Origin: Armatimonadota bacterium
GTDB lineage: Bacteria; Armatimonadota; HRBIN16
Direction: 5' to 3'
Assembly: GCA_963677485.1 (NCBI GenBank)
Contig: OY781964.1
Coordinates: 1,216,001-1,280,000 of the forward strand
Length of the DNA: 64,000 nt
The position numbers and the translations under genes are program-made. This document shows, one piece after another, positions 29,530 to 39,360 of the stretch (position 1 is its first letter; each line of letters begins with the position of its first letter). Below the pieces are notes generated by a model. The model saw nothing but the letters and a program-made list of their open reading frames with translations, was not told the origin of the DNA and did no database searches.

Positions 29530-30837
29530 ATGAAATGGTATAAACTTGCCATATGCTTCCTGCCGCTGCTGGCGGAAGGTTCTAGCTCTGAGGCAGCATC
29601 GCCAAAACCACCTGTAGGACAAAGTGTATCTCAACGTATCGAGACGAAATGCAGCCAGAGCGTTCGGGCCGCTAGAATTAGGGTCCAACCGCATAAGTTA
29701 GCAGACAACCGCAGCATCACATATCTAGATTTCATCGTCTGTGTGATTTCGGCTGACGGTACCGCCCTAGGCAGATATATGGATTTCGTGGGAATTCCGA
29801 ATCGCACGTCTCGTAAAAAAATAGATGCGGCCATTAGCAAACGTGCAATCGATGCCGCCGCAAAGAGGCAGTATCAATTGCTGGCGGCTGACGGCAAAAG
29901 CTACGAATATAAACTGGCGGCGTTCGGGGCCGATTGTAATACTGTCATTCTCAAACCAGCCAACCCTATACCAGCTCAGCCATATCTCGATATCAGCCGT
30001 CTTGCTGTGCCGGTGTTGGCCCAACGGTATAGAACATACACAGGACCAAATGACCCGATATATAGAGAGAAACCCAGAATGGGTTCTATTATCGTGGGTG
30101 GTATAGGAACCGGTCCGATGTCATTCGGTAATGGTCTCATATTTCGCGACTCCGATGGCTCGTTTATCGGCTACAACTCATCTATCGGTGCAAAAAATGT
30201 AGTCATGAACAGCACTAAGCCACTAATGAGTTTCATCGAAGCCAACAGCACGGTTCGTTTTAAGAAAAAGCCCGAGCCGAAGGCGGTATATAGCGATCTA
30301 TACCGTCGGATACTGACTCAAATGCCACCTTACATGCAGTATCTCTTTCAGAGTTCCAAAACAAAGCACTACCTCAATGCCAGATTCTTACGCTTTGACG
30401 GATTGGCAGTAGACCATATTCCTGTGATGGACAAAAAAACAGCAAAGACCACTCAGATCGCCATGTGGGACAACCGCGAACACATGATGCGGTTCGTGAG
30501 GCTGGATTCTGGACTAGCCGGAGGTTTGTGGATGCCGGTGGAAAAGCTGAAGATCAGGGCACTCATGCCTGCCAAGCCTATGAAGCGTCAATTGAAGCCT
30601 AATGAGATCATATTCGGGGTCGAATACGATGACTTCACCGAAACACCAGTAGTCATCCAAACGAAAGTCACTGCTGTGAGTGGTCATACTGTGTTTTTGG
30701 ATAAGTCATCACTGTGGCGCTGGATATTCACAGCCGATGCTCAACCGATAGGCAAGTCGGTACCAGACGAAAAGACAGGTCGGCCGGTATTACTTCGATT
30801 GGACGAGTTGCAACAGCGGTTGTCGAAAGTGAGGTAG
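29530..30837 (+). CDS. Secreted hypothetical protein with degenerate trypsin-like domain(s)
   Basis: RBS gagg, signal peptide, VISADGTAL, ADCNTVILKP; paralogous to the next gene. Confidence 0.6.
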   Translation: MKWYKLAICFLPLLAEGSSSEAASPKPPVGQSVSQRIETKCSQSVRAARIRVQPHKLADNRSITYLDFIVCVISADGTALGRYMDFVGIPNRTSRKKIDAAISKRAIDAAAKRQYQLLAADGKSYEYKLAAFGADCNTVILKPANPIPAQPYLDISRLAVPVLAQRYRTYTGPNDPIYREKPRMGSIIVGGIGTGPMSFGNGLIFRDSDGSFIGYNSSIGAKNVVMNSTKPLMSFIEANSTVRFKKKPEPKAVYSDLYRRILTQMPPYMQYLFQSSKTKHYLNARFLRFDGLAVDHIPVMDKKTAKTTQIAMWDNREHMMRFVRLDSGLAGGLWMPVEKLKIRALMPAKPMKRQLKPNEIIFGVEYDDFTETPVVIQTKVTAVSGHTVFLDKSSLWRWIFTADAQPIGKSVPDEKTGRPVLLRLDELQQRLSKVR

Positions 30838-30848
30838 TGGTGAACATC

Positions 30849-31622
30849 ATGCGTAAACTCTGGTTATCTTTGGTCATCCTGCCATTGCTGGCGGGCTGTT
30901 CGTTATTTACCCATCAGCCGATTACCCCGCCCGCTGGCCTAAATGCGCAGCAGAAGGTGGAGTGGAGCACCAGTAATTGCGTGCGGTCAGTGAAAGAGCG
31001 TAGACCTTGGATTCATAAGATTTTTCCATGCAAATGCGTCGATCTCGAGTATTATGTCACGATCATCTCGCCAGATGGAACCGCTCTTGCTAGCTACCGG
31101 GACGCCGTACTCAAACCTGCCAGCGCGTTTATGAGCGTGCCCGCAGATGTCAAGCAGAAATACCTTGATCGGGCCACCCAAAAGCAGTATAATTTGCAGG
31201 CCGTTAATGGCAGACGTTACCCATATCACGTGACAGCTATATCCGCCGACTGTGAAAGCGCGATCCTGAAACCCGTGAAGCCGATCCCGCCGCAGCCATA
31301 CCTGGATATCAGCCGCATTGAAGCAGCGAAGGCTGGTCAGAGTTACCGCGGGGTGGTGGGTCCGGAATCGGCCGAAGATCCCGCTTCCCTCACAAATGGT
31401 CACATCACGGTTAGTAGACTGGTTGACGGGGCAGCGTCGGCTAGTATCAATCTGTTGTTCCGTGAGTCCGATGGATCATTTGCGGGCTTCTGCCACTCTG
31501 CAGAAACCGGGTATCTTGCGGCAACAAACCTGAAGCCTCTGCAGAGGTTCATACAGGCGAACAGCTCGGTGCGGTTTGTAGATACGCCGAAACCGAAGCA
31601 TGGGCAACCGGGAATCCCGTAG
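30849..31622 (+). CDS. Lipoprotein, paralog of the upstream gene
   Basis: Lipobox LLAGC; IISPDGTAL, ADCESAILKPVKPIPPQPYLDISR, FRESDGSF, FIQANSSVRF shared with 29530-30837. Confidence 0.7.
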   Translation: MRKLWLSLVILPLLAGCSLFTHQPITPPAGLNAQQKVEWSTSNCVRSVKERRPWIHKIFPCKCVDLEYYVTIISPDGTALASYRDAVLKPASAFMSVPADVKQKYLDRATQKQYNLQAVNGRRYPYHVTAISADCESAILKPVKPIPPQPYLDISRIEAAKAGQSYRGVVGPESAEDPASLTNGHITVSRLVDGAASASINLLFRESDGSFAGFCHSAETGYLAATNLKPLQRFIQANSSVRFVDTPKPKHGQPGIP

Positions 31623-31664
31623 GGGCGGGGTTCCCCCGCCCCAGGGCGCGGAAACCGCGCCCCT
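31619..31664 (+). repeat. GTAG-type REP doublet overlapping the stop codon
   Basis: gtaggggcggggttcccccgcccc followed by gggcgcggaaaccgcgccc. Confidence 0.7.
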
Positions 31665-31691
31665 TGTCAAACCGGACCGGTCATGCCCCAT

Positions 31692-33290
31692 CTACCCCCA
31701 AACCGAGTGCAGCTCATGCACCTCCAGCCGTTCCACCTTCAGCTTGCCGGCAGAGCCGCACGCAAGGCTCACGGCCCGATGCTCCGCATCAGGGATCACG
31801 GCGACCGGCATGTACAGCTCGCCCTTGTTGCCGAATATCTCCAGCGTAGACCTATCGACCACCACACGCAGTTCCAGTTTACCGTCAACCGAAGTCAGTG
31901 GACCAACACATCCCTGGCAATACAACTGCTGTTTGTGGCCATCATAAAACACAGGAACTCCACGCACATCCAGTATCAGCCAGCCGCTTTTCGGCAGCAC
32001 ACAGCTCAGCAGGATGTCCATGCTCTCCGCACCCAGGTCATCGGTGATGGGGCGTGAGGCACTCACTGAAGCGTTCGTGTGCACGCGGCTCTTACCCCGC
32101 AGACGCTCGATCTCCTGCACCGGGTAAGGTGTCAGGCGCATTCCCTGCGGAGTGGTGCGCAGGCTGAGGCTGGTGGGGATCGTCATGCACTGGTTGAAGG
32201 GCATCCCCAGCGTGGTGCTCTGGCCCCAGCCGATTTGGATACGCCGGCCATCGGCGGCAGGGATATTGTTGTAGGTCTGGGCTGCGTAATAGGCGTTGCC
32301 GTATGTGTAGCGGATTTTGTCAGTATCTGGCGTGAACACCTTGCCGTCAAACTTCCCGATCATATAACCTCCGTCGGCTGCGCTGAGCACCCATCGGGTC
32401 TGAGACGGATTCCCATCTACCGGCAGCTCATACATATCGGGGCACTCGTAGAAGCCCCCGATGAAGCTCTGCCGCTCCCAGTGTTTCATGTTGGCGGAGG
32501 TAAAGAAGGCCACGCCCTGCGTGTTTTCCTCCACACGATAGACCGCGATCACATACTGTCGGCTTGGTGCGTGCCATAGAACCCGCGGATCGCGCCCATC
32601 ACCCGGATGTTTGATCATCGGATTGTCGGCACCGAGGCTCCAGGTGAGGCCGGCGTCGTTGCTGTAAGCCAGCACCTCTCCGCTGCCGGTGTCGGTCAGG
32701 AATGCGATCAGGCATTTCTCACTGCCGGTCTGGTATCCGGTGATGTTGTGCTCACCGACTATCGCACTGCCGCTGAAAGCCATCCCCTTACACTGCACAA
32801 ACTGGAATATAGCGGTGGGCAGCTCCTTCCAATGGAACAGGTCGGTGCTGACGGCATGGCCCCAGTGCATGTTGTCCCAGTTGAACCCGTAGGGGTTATG
32901 CTGATAGAACAGGTGGTATTCGCCCTTATAGTAAACCAGCCCATTGGGGTCGTTGTTCCATCCGCGGCGGGTGGTGAAATGCACCATGGGACGCAGCTTT
33001 TCGCGGTAGATGCTCTTTTCATCACGGATTTGCGCCGAGTTCTCAATACCGGTTAACAGCTTGGAGGCAGCCGGTAGGTCAGCCGCTTCGATGGTCGCGG
33101 ACTTGCCTTGATAGCTCTGCATGTCGGCGAACACCCAAAAGTCGGGTTGGCCATCGGCCAATTCGATTCCGAATTTGCGGACGGCTTGACCGTCGATGGT
33201 GATGGTCAGTTGTGCTTTCGGTGCCCCGTTCTTGACGGGAAGGTTCAGGTATCGCTCAGTTAATATGATTGTGCGTTGGATGTTCATCAT
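31692..33290 (-). CDS. GH32 levanase/beta-fructosidase
   Basis: WNNDPNG, WGHAVSTDL, FSGS, RDP, ECPD, YAAQT. Confidence 0.93.
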   Translation of the reverse strand: MMNIQRTIILTERYLNLPVKNGAPKAQLTITIDGQAVRKFGIELADGQPDFWVFADMQSYQGKSATIEAADLPAASKLLTGIENSAQIRDEKSIYREKLRPMVHFTTRRGWNNDPNGLVYYKGEYHLFYQHNPYGFNWDNMHWGHAVSTDLFHWKELPTAIFQFVQCKGMAFSGSAIVGEHNITGYQTGSEKCLIAFLTDTGSGEVLAYSNDAGLTWSLGADNPMIKHPGDGRDPRVLWHAPSRQYVIAVYRVEENTQGVAFFTSANMKHWERQSFIGGFYECPDMYELPVDGNPSQTRWVLSAADGGYMIGKFDGKVFTPDTDKIRYTYGNAYYAAQTYNNIPAADGRRIQIGWGQSTTLGMPFNQCMTIPTSLSLRTTPQGMRLTPYPVQEIERLRGKSRVHTNASVSASRPITDDLGAESMDILLSCVLPKSGWLILDVRGVPVFYDGHKQQLYCQGCVGPLTSVDGKLELRVVVDRSTLEIFGNKGELYMPVAVIPDAEHRAVSLACGSAGKLKVERLEVHELHSVWG

Positions 33291-33412
33291 TATATCTCCA
33301 TGATTAATATAGACCCATTGGTATATTCGCTTGTTGGTGCAGATATCCTTCTATAATGACCTCGCCGCATCATTGTTCCCTGGTGGCATTCAAGATCGCT
33401 GAGATATCGGAT

Positions 33413-33516
33413 ATCTGACCAAATTCAACTATTTCATAATTTTAACATAAATATTTACATATTAATATGTATTTAAAAGGTATACTATAGCCACTAAAGT
33501 CTGATTTAGGTCAGAT
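33413..33516. promoter_or_regulatory. AT-rich divergent promoter region with palindromic operator
   Basis: Perfect 16-bp palindrome tacatattaatatgta (33456-33471), flanked by imperfect IR atctgaccaaat / atttaggtcagat; tatact at 33481. Confidence 0.5.
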
Positions 33517-33592
33517 TTATAGAAGAATCGCCCTAAGGAATCAGGTTTGGAGCACGGATATTTTTAGAACATCTAGAATCAACCACGTCGAC

Positions 33593-34099
33593 TTGGATCA
33601 GGTGAATGAGTTCACCCACTCGATCATGCAAGACCCAACAGCATCACGGACAACGGAAGTCATCGAAAGCGAATGGCAGATCAGTGATGGTGGGATGCAA
33701 GATCAATCCAAGCTGGTGTTTGATAACGGTACAACCGGGGCAGCACTAACCCCGTCAGACGGTGTCGAAGGCGATGTGACCTTCGCAGATCCGATGCACT
33801 ATTACTACTATGGCATTGCGTCAGGCTATACTGGCGTTTTTGCTGCTCTGGCAGCATCACTAGGCGTGAAACTCAAGTGCATGACCACACGAGTGGAAGC
33901 CGATATGAGCCACTCACATGCAGTGAATGTCACACATGAGCCTGTTCTGGAATGTGTGAGGATGGTGCTGCGGATTGTCAGCGATTCGACCATCGCAAAA
34001 CTGCGTGAGGTTGAGGCGCTGGCACTTAAACAATGCCCCTCTGGATTGTTGTGTCGCCATCAGGTCAAACTGATGCCATGGTGTTCTGTCTCAGTATAG
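33593..34099 (+). CDS. OsmC-like protein, degenerate (true start possibly ATT at 33560)
   Basis: DPMHYYYYGIASGY at the PxxxxLxxLASC position, C-terminal QCP; homology appears to extend upstream (INHVDLDQV). Confidence 0.55.
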   Translation: MDQVNEFTHSIMQDPTASRTTEVIESEWQISDGGMQDQSKLVFDNGTTGAALTPSDGVEGDVTFADPMHYYYYGIASGYTGVFAALAASLGVKLKCMTTRVEADMSHSHAVNVTHEPVLECVRMVLRIVSDSTIAKLREVEALALKQCPSGLLCRHQVKLMPWCSVSV

Positions 34100-34353
34100 G
34101 AACACGACCCTTGGCCTCCCTCAACCTCGGGGGAGGCCTCGATCCGCATGATAACGACTTGCATAAACGATCTCGTCAGATATTTCACGCCTCAGATGGG
34201 AATGCGTTACAATGATACTGTTCGGTTGACGCCACTGTATCGAGCCTCATGCAGGCCATCACGACGCCAATATAAGTTCCGGACCGTATTCACAACACCT
34301 TAACTCTGCATTTCGAGGCATAGGGTGTGGTTTGCGCACTTGAAGGGTCTCAT

Positions 34354-36342
34354 ATGTTTGGTTTTGAGCTCACTAGCCAACCTGGCCTGTGGCTGTCGAT
34401 AACCCTTACCGCCTGGCTGCTTGTGGTACTCGTCGGAACCCTCCGGCGCAACTCCTCAGGATATCTTCTCGCGGTACCGGCATTGGCGGGCTGCCTGTTG
34501 GTGTTGGTCGCAGTATTTACCTCACGCAATGGCATGTTCCAACTCCCTCATTTTTTGCATCTGGGTGATGCACCGTTCCGCTTAGTAATCGACCCGCTCA
34601 GCCGATGGTTCCTCGGGATCATCGCCGTGGTCGGTGTTCCTGTGGTGCTGTTTTCCAGCGGATATCTGCACCACTTGCGCAAGCGGGTGGCTCTGGGTTA
34701 CGTGTGGGCCGCGCTGGCGGTGCTGTTTATCAGCATGTGTGCCGTGGTGCTGGCGGGTAATGCGATGTTGTTTTTGGTGGCTTGGGAGTGCATGGCGTTC
34801 AGCTCCTTCGTGCTGGTTGCGGCCGACCACGGCAACCGAGATATCCGTCGTGCTGCTCTGATCTACCTTGGCGCCACCAGAACCGGAACCGCCTTTTTGA
34901 TGGCCGGTTTCCTCTGGGCACACCAACTGACAGGCAGTTGGGAGTTCGCACAGTGGGCCCTGACCGGTGCATCGGCTCTCGGTCCTGCTTTGTTGATTCT
35001 GGTGGGTCTAGCCACTAAAGCGGGTTCCTGGCCATTTCACCTGTGGCTGCCCATCGCCCATCCAGCCGCACCCACGCCTGTGTCGGCCATCATGAGCGGT
35101 GTGATGATCAAAACCGCCATCTACGCCATGGCACGCTTCTTCGTGGTGGGTGACGCCTTTGTCCATCCCGCATTAGGTCCGGTGATTCTGCTGCTCGGGG
35201 CGGTATCCGCCTTCTGGGGAGTGATCTTCGCGCTGCTGCAGCACGACCTGAAGCGGCTGCTGGCCTACCACAGCGTGGAGAACATCGGCATCATCATGAT
35301 GGGGCTGGGCATATCATTGCTGGGTAAACAACACCACCTCCCGATACTGCAGCAATTAGGACTGGCTGCGGCACTGTTCCACACGCTCAACCATGCGGTG
35401 TTTAAAAGTCTGTTGTTCCTGGGCGCAGGGGCCATCGATGCCCGCACCCACCTGCGCGACATCGAGAAGCTGGGCGGACTGATCCGCCGGATGCCCTGGA
35501 CTGCTGGCGCGTTCATCGTGGGAAGTGCTGCCATCTGCGCTTTACCCCCCCTTAACGGCTTTGCCAGCGAATGGGTGCTTTACCAGGGCTTTTTCGAACT
35601 GGCAAAAGGCGGAGCGAGTGTGGCGATGCGGTTAGGTGGCCTGCTGTTGATGGGCTGGCTGGGGCTGATCGGTGCATTGGCCATCGCCTGTTTTGTGAAG
35701 GCGGTGGGTGTGGTATTTCTGGGCAACCCCCGCAGCCAGGAGGCCGAGAACGCCAAAGAGGTGGGCCAGAGCATGGTCACCGCCCAATGGTATCTGGCGG
35801 CTCTCTGCCTGCTGATTGGTCTTTCGGTGCCTGCGCTGATGAGACCACTCGGGGATGTGGTGGCGATGACCGGCCAGAGTTCGCTGCTAGCCGCCGCCTG
35901 GAGCCTACCCATGCTGCCACTGGCTGTGGCACTGCTGCTGGGGCTGGTTGCGGTGAGCCTTTGGATACGCCAACTGCAGAAGCTCCACCCCGAACGCCGC
36001 TTCATCACCTGGGAATGCGGGTTTGGTGAGTTGGGCCCACGCACGCAGTATACCGCCAGTAGTTTCGCCCAGCCGATCTCACGGTTGTTTGGAAAACTCT
36101 ACAGCTATTCGCTGGAGGTGCAGCGGGGTGGGGAGAACAAACAGCTCTTCGCGGAGACCGTGCAAGCGGAAACCCATCACGAAGCGCATCTGGAGACTCA
36201 TCTCTACGTGCCGCTGATAAAGAGTATTCAGCGGATTTCGGAGAAACTCATCATGCGCATCCAGGCTGGCAGCATCCACCAATATCTTCTCACCATGGCG
36301 CTGGTTCTGGCACTCTTACTATGGATAGGTCTCAACCGATGA
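34354..36342 (+). CDS. hyfB: HyfB-like antiporter-type membrane subunit (Ehr complex)
   Basis: FLVAWE, KAGSWPFHLWLPIAHPAAPTPVSAIMSG, LLAYHSVENIG, LPPLNGFASEW, TWECG, QYTASSFAQP. Confidence 0.88.
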   Translation: MFGFELTSQPGLWLSITLTAWLLVVLVGTLRRNSSGYLLAVPALAGCLLVLVAVFTSRNGMFQLPHFLHLGDAPFRLVIDPLSRWFLGIIAVVGVPVVLFSSGYLHHLRKRVALGYVWAALAVLFISMCAVVLAGNAMLFLVAWECMAFSSFVLVAADHGNRDIRRAALIYLGATRTGTAFLMAGFLWAHQLTGSWEFAQWALTGASALGPALLILVGLATKAGSWPFHLWLPIAHPAAPTPVSAIMSGVMIKTAIYAMARFFVVGDAFVHPALGPVILLLGAVSAFWGVIFALLQHDLKRLLAYHSVENIGIIMMGLGISLLGKQHHLPILQQLGLAAALFHTLNHAVFKSLLFLGAGAIDARTHLRDIEKLGGLIRRMPWTAGAFIVGSAAICALPPLNGFASEWVLYQGFFELAKGGASVAMRLGGLLLMGWLGLIGALAIACFVKAVGVVFLGNPRSQEAENAKEVGQSMVTAQWYLAALCLLIGLSVPALMRPLGDVVAMTGQSSLLAAAWSLPMLPLAVALLLGLVAVSLWIRQLQKLHPERRFITWECGFGELGPRTQYTASSFAQPISRLFGKLYSYSLEVQRGGENKQLFAETVQAETHHEAHLETHLYVPLIKSIQRISEKLIMRIQAGSIHQYLLTMALVLALLLWIGLNR

Positions 36343-37262
36343 ACACACTAGCATACCTCCCTCTGGTTTTGGTCAATGTGCTGATCGTGCCGCTGCTGCT
36401 GATGGGCATCATCCGCAAGGTGAAGGCCTTGATGCAAAACCGCATCGGCTCACCCATCCTGCAGCCGTTCTATGATTTCGCGAAGATGATTCGCAAGACC
36501 GAGACGGTCAGCCAGACCGCAAGCTGGGTGTTCGCATGGGCGCCGCGGATCGGACTGGTCACGGCCGTGCTCGTGTCGATCATGGTGCCATGGAGCGGTC
36601 TGCTTATGCCCAGCAACTGGGCGATGGTCACGAACTTTTTACTGGTGCTCTATCTGCTGTCTCTCAGCAAGTTCTTTACGATGCTGGCTGCCATTGATAC
36701 CGGCTCAGCGTTTGGCGGGCTGGGTGCCAGCCGTGAGGCCACCATCTCGATGCTGGTGGAGCCCACTCTGGTGATGGGTCTGGCTGCGCTGGCCCTCGGT
36801 GCGGGCAGCACCAATCTGCTGAGCATCTTCTCGGGGCCCGTGAGTCCGGCAGTGGCCATCCTGGTGGGTTGTGCGCTGGTGGTCGCCGCGCTGGCTGAGC
36901 TCTCGCGAATGCCTGTAGATGACCCCACCACGCACCTGGAACTGACCATGGTGCATGAGGCGATGATACTGGAGAACAGCGGACGTGGACTGGCGTTCAT
37001 TGAGTATGCCTCCGCATTACGGTGCTGCATCTTCCTGGGATTGGCATCTCAGACGCTCATTCGGGCGATACCGGGTTACCACACCATCCCGCTGCTCACG
37101 CAGTATGGCCTCGGGTTGTTGGCTGTTGTGCTGATGGGGGTCGCGGTGGCGGTAGCCGAGGGTGTGCTGGTGAAGTTGAAATGGCGCAGCGTGCCCAACT
37201 TCCTGGTGTTCGCGACGGTGATGAGTATGCTGGCGGCATTGATCGCAGCGGCTCAGGCTTAG
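36339..37262 (+). CDS. hyfC: HyfC/NuoH-like membrane subunit
   Basis: QNRIGSPILQPFYD, GGLGASRE, RMPVDDPTTHLELTMVHEAMILENSG; ATGA overlap with hyfB. Confidence 0.9.
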   Translation: MNTLAYLPLVLVNVLIVPLLLMGIIRKVKALMQNRIGSPILQPFYDFAKMIRKTETVSQTASWVFAWAPRIGLVTAVLVSIMVPWSGLLMPSNWAMVTNFLLVLYLLSLSKFFTMLAAIDTGSAFGGLGASREATISMLVEPTLVMGLAALALGAGSTNLLSIFSGPVSPAVAILVGCALVVAALAELSRMPVDDPTTHLELTMVHEAMILENSGRGLAFIEYASALRCCIFLGLASQTLIRAIPGYHTIPLLTQYGLGLLAVVLMGVAVAVAEGVLVKLKWRSVPNFLVFATVMSMLAALIAAAQA

Positions 37263-37282
37263 CGAGAGGAAGGCGTAAAGAT

Positions 37283-37927
37283 ATGAACCTGTCTCAAATC
37301 GACCTGTTGGCCTCAGGAGCCGCCATTCTGGCGGTGTGGGCCTGTGGGGTCAGCCGCATCAAGGTGCAGATCAGGCTTTTGGCCCTGCAAACCGCCTTCC
37401 TGGCGGCCATCTGCCTTCTTCTGGGCCTGCACGAGGGCAGCAAGCAGTTGCTGGTGCTGTCAGCCGTGGTGCTTCTCGTCAAGGCGGTGGGCATTCCGGT
37501 ATTCCTGCAGTGGTCGGCCAGACATATGGGTGTCGAACGCGACCGAGGAATCGGGGTGAACTTGACACCAGGACTGATCATCGGATTCTGTCTGCTGGCG
37601 GTGGGCTACTTCATGGCCCCGCAGTTCGCGGTGCCCGGCATGGGTAACAGCGGTTCGGCCGGTATGGGCTTTGCGCTGATGCTGCTCGGGATGCTGCAAA
37701 TGACCTCGCGGCGGTTGGCCCTCAGCCAGGTGATCGGCTTCTTGACCATGGAGAATGGCATCTTCCTGTACAGCCTGACTCAGACCAAGCATATGCCGAT
37801 TCTGCTGGAAATGGGCAGTGTGTTCGAGGTGCTGATCGCGGTCATGATCGCTGGCATGGTGCTGTTCCGCATCAACCGAAGTTTTGAGCACATCGATGTC
37901 ACGGATATGCAGGAGTTACGCCATTGA
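37283..37927 (+). CDS. hyfE: HyfE-like membrane subunit
   Basis: KAVGIP, QVIGFLTMENGI, MPILLEMG, RINRSFEHIDV. Confidence 0.88.
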   Translation: MNLSQIDLLASGAAILAVWACGVSRIKVQIRLLALQTAFLAAICLLLGLHEGSKQLLVLSAVVLLVKAVGIPVFLQWSARHMGVERDRGIGVNLTPGLIIGFCLLAVGYFMAPQFAVPGMGNSGSAGMGFALMLLGMLQMTSRRLALSQVIGFLTMENGIFLYSLTQTKHMPILLEMGSVFEVLIAVMIAGMVLFRINRSFEHIDVTDMQELRH

Positions 37928-39360
37928 TCAGCCTGATACTTCTGCCACTCATCATCGCGGTGCTGGGCCTGATGCCCCGTATGTCACGCCATATCGCCGT
38001 CATCAGTGCGAGCCTGATGCTGCTGCAATTGCCGGTGGCCGTCTGGATCTGTCTGCCCGCCTTCCGTGGGCAAACGGTGGTGGCTGGTAACTTTGCGGTA
38101 GATGGTGTTGGGGCCGTGTTCACCATCATCACTACACTGGTGGCACTCGCAGCGATGCTCCAAGCCGCCTTGCAGTTGCCGGCTGAGCGTCTGACGGAAC
38201 ACAAAACCAGCGACAAAGCCTACTGCGGCTTCTTCTCGCTCTCCGCGCTGTTCTTGATCGCGATGTATGCGGTGCCATTGTCTCAGCATCTGGGCGTGAT
38301 CTGGATGGCGATTGAAGCCACCACGTTGATGTCCGCCCCGCTGGTGTATTACCATCGCAGCCGCAGCTCGCTGGAAGCCACCTGGAAGTATCTGCTGCTT
38401 TGCAGCGTGGGCATCGCCTTTGCGCTGTTCGGCACGGTGATGCTGTTCGCCTCCCAGCACTCGTTCAACGGCGAGTCGATGATGCTGGCCGACTTGACGG
38501 CGCACGCCAAACAGCTCGATCCCAAGCTGCTGAGCCTGGGATTCATTTTCTGCCTGCTGGGATACGGCACCAAGGCCGGTATCTTCCCGCTGCATAACTG
38601 GCTGCCAGATGCGCATAGTGAAGCCCCTGCACCCTCGTCTGCGATGCTCTCCGGGTCGTTGTTGAACTGCGCTTTGGTGGCTATCTGGCGGCTGTCGCAG
38701 TTGATGGCCGCGGCCGGTCAGGCCGATCTGGTGCGTGATCTTCTGGTGCCTGCGGGAGCAATCACTGTGATCGCCGCCAGCCTGATGCTGGTGCGACAGC
38801 ACGACTTGAAGCGGATGCTGGCCTATTCCAGTGTGGAACACATCGGATTGCTGACGCTTGCGATTGGTATCGGCTCCACACCGTTGTTCATGCTGCACGC
38901 ATTCAACCACAGCATCATCAAGGTCGCCCTGTTCTTGATGGCGGGCAGTATCCTGCACGTCTACGGAACCAAGCAGTTGTCCAAACTGGGCGGGCTGCTG
39001 AAGTCCTCGCCGTTGTGGGGCGCAGTGTTAATGTTGGCAGGTTTCGCCATCGCTGGCAGCCCGCCGTTTGGCACCTTCATCAGCGAATGGCTGCTGCTGC
39101 GCGACACGCTATCAGCGGGCGAGGTTGCGGCCACCGTCACGGTGATTGTTGGACTGACGATCACCTTCATCGCCATCACAACCCATCTGGGCAAAGTGGT
39201 GTTCGGTATCGAGCGGCCGTTAGTCCACGGCACGCCACAGCGAAGCTGGGCCTATGTGCCTGTCTGCCTGCTGGTGCTCAGCCTGCTGGCCGGTGTGGCG
39301 ATTGCCCCGAATGTGATGAGCAGGCTGGTCATGCTGGCCCAACTGGGGGGTGCCCGATGA
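37924..39360 (+). CDS. hyfF: HyfF-like antiporter-type membrane subunit
   Basis: WMAIEATTL, SLEATWKYLLLCSVGI, GYGTKAGIFPLHNWLPDAHSEAP, KRMLAYSSVEH; TTGA overlap. Confidence 0.9.
   Translation: MISLILLPLIIAVLGLMPRMSRHIAVISASLMLLQLPVAVWICLPAFRGQTVVAGNFAVDGVGAVFTIITTLVALAAMLQAALQLPAERLTEHKTSDKAYCGFFSLSALFLIAMYAVPLSQHLGVIWMAIEATTLMSAPLVYYHRSRSSLEATWKYLLLCSVGIAFALFGTVMLFASQHSFNGESMMLADLTAHAKQLDPKLLSLGFIFCLLGYGTKAGIFPLHNWLPDAHSEAPAPSSAMLSGSLLNCALVAIWRLSQLMAAAGQADLVRDLLVPAGAITVIAASLMLVRQHDLKRMLAYSSVEHIGLLTLAIGIGSTPLFMLHAFNHSIIKVALFLMAGSILHVYGTKQLSKLGGLLKSSPLWGAVLMLAGFAIAGSPPFGTFISEWLLLRDTLSAGEVAATVTVIVGLTITFIAITTHLGKVVFGIERPLVHGTPQRSWAYVPVCLLVLSLLAGVAIAPNVMSRLVMLAQLGGAR

Noticed and set aside
34100-34353. 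Fluoride (crcB) or other riboswitch upstream of the hyf-like operon
   Set aside because: No GGnGAUGRnnUnCnCC...GCURAUGRC pattern found by eye; only a simple hairpin. An Infernal scan would be decisive.
37984-38958. 324-aa minus-strand ORF
   Set aside because: Antisense shadow of hyfF.
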